Source: Nageia nagi (taxonomy: Eukaryota > Plantae > Pinophyta). From it: DNA of 64,000 bases. The notes below the pieces were generated by a model. The model saw only the letters and a program-made list of their open reading frames with translations, was not told the origin of the DNA and searched no databases. The position numbers were made by a program, and so were the translations under genes. The stretch covers positions 14,880,001 through 14,944,000 of the forward strand of contig JBITNC010000001.1 in NCBI GenBank assembly GCA_050084985.1, in the 5' to 3' direction. Numbering within the stretch: position 1 is the stretch's first letter; each line of letters starts with the position of its first letter. This document shows, one piece after another, positions 62,676-64,000 of this stretch.

Positions 62676-64000
62676 AAAATGAGTGAAAGGAAGTGGCCAA
62701 GCTTGGAAACATTTTTGAAGCCATTATGTGCCTTTTTCTTCACTCTATTGAGGATTTTGATCTGGCAAAATACATTTGGACACAAATGTTACCCATATTT
62801 TTTCAGTAAATATTTATGTAAGCCTAGTTCATCTTTGATTTTGATATAGAGTTTTGTAGATCTCAAAATGTTTCTGAAATGCATTCTTAGAATGGCATAG
62901 ATGGAAGATGAGATTGAGGAGTTGACTAAACAAAATTTGTTAAAAGACTAACTTTAGAACCTGATTGCAATTAATGAAGCTTCAGATAGATGTATGTGTG
63001 GCTTCTTATTCTCCAAGTATAGGCCTTTTCCCATTTATTATCATTGTGTTGTAACATTTAAGGTTTGTTCTTGTCATATTTCAGGACTTAAGTCATTCTC
63101 TAAACCATTTAATTGTCTGTTAGAGAGAAGTTGAATCCATACCATTGAAACTATATCCAACATGAGGCATGGATCGGTTTTCACTTGCCATTCTTTACAT
63201 CCAAGAACGGCTGCAATAAAGAACAAAATATGGCATCCAAAGGAAATTATCATTGGCAAAGGTCAGGAAAAAGTCAACTTAGAAGTTTTCCTGTAGTCGG
63301 TATAATTTTGTCAATCCTCTGCCTCTACAGTGGTCCATAATTGGGAAACCTGGGATTATTTTCAGCTAGGACTAGTTGAAATGTCAGTAAGGAAAAAATA
63401 TGTTGCGTTTGTTGCACACATTTGGGATAGACTAGAATGCTGCTTCTTCCACGACAATTATGTGGAGGAGAGATTCAACCTACTTTCAAAAGAACAGAAT
63501 TAAGCTGGTGAATACCATTTTCAAGAGAATGTTGGTGGCAGTTTTTCTTAGAATATCTGCACATTGTTGAATATTTTTCTTTGTATGGAAAGCAATCATT
63601 CAAATACTTGATTGATATATATTTACTTCTGGAAAAACTCTGAAAGGTCCTACAAACCAATGGGTTTAAAAGGATGTTAAAAGATTACCGATTTAGTTGC
63701 TCTTATCATGAAGCTCAAGGGGTGATTAAGCAAGATTCAATATCAGAAGTAACTTGTCCACGGGTAAATTCAATTGTCGGGTCTTTAGTTCATTATGAGA
63801 AATCCATTTGGCATCTTTGAGTGTTTCTTCATGTGTATATGCATGAGTTTTAGATGTAAGACTTTTGAAAACCAATTGCTATCAGCTATGGACAATATTT
63901 ATTTGCTTCACAACATAAAGTTTCCTTGGAGTATACTATATTTGTGATTATGCACTAGATCATCATCTATGGATTAGTATCAGATTTTAATTTGGCATCT

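Noticed and set aside
63075-63700. Coding-looking segment after a tttcAG acceptor
   Set aside because: Only short frames with stops and no recognisable protein or LINE motif; cannot be assigned

Overview
Repeat-rich plant nuclear DNA. The retroelement families, heavy CpG/CHG decay and deep nesting look gymnosperm-like, which is an inference. Roughly 80-85% of the window is old, nested transposons: two Tat/Ogre Ty3-gypsy elements plus a further Tat/Ogre pol fragment, a short gag-only LTR element, a Reina-like chromovirus, a full-length but decayed Copia, an L1 ORF1 relic, solo LTRs, a three-LTR tandem non-autonomous gypsy with a sister-family element nested inside it, and a hAT-type MITE. There is also a PPR pseudogene fragment. 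The only host gene is a ZNFX1/Hrr1-like UPF1-family (SF1) RNA helicase with NF-X1 zinc fingers (38926-42302, +). It is split by one frame change inside a Gly/Trp (GW/WG)-rich insertion that resembles an Argonaute hook. The most interesting items are: (1) this putative AGO-hook ZNFX1; (2) an Ogre element carrying an unknown internally duplicated sense ORF, an intron-containing antisense PMD gene and about 24 phased GATCGTCGACGATC-like palindromes, a possible TE-encoded regulatory or anti-silencing module; (3) non-autonomous gypsy elements in which RT-RH-INT is replaced by an in-frame 30-bp/10-aa repeat array related to their LTR repeats. All coordinates were read by eye, and ends without a TSD are approximate.
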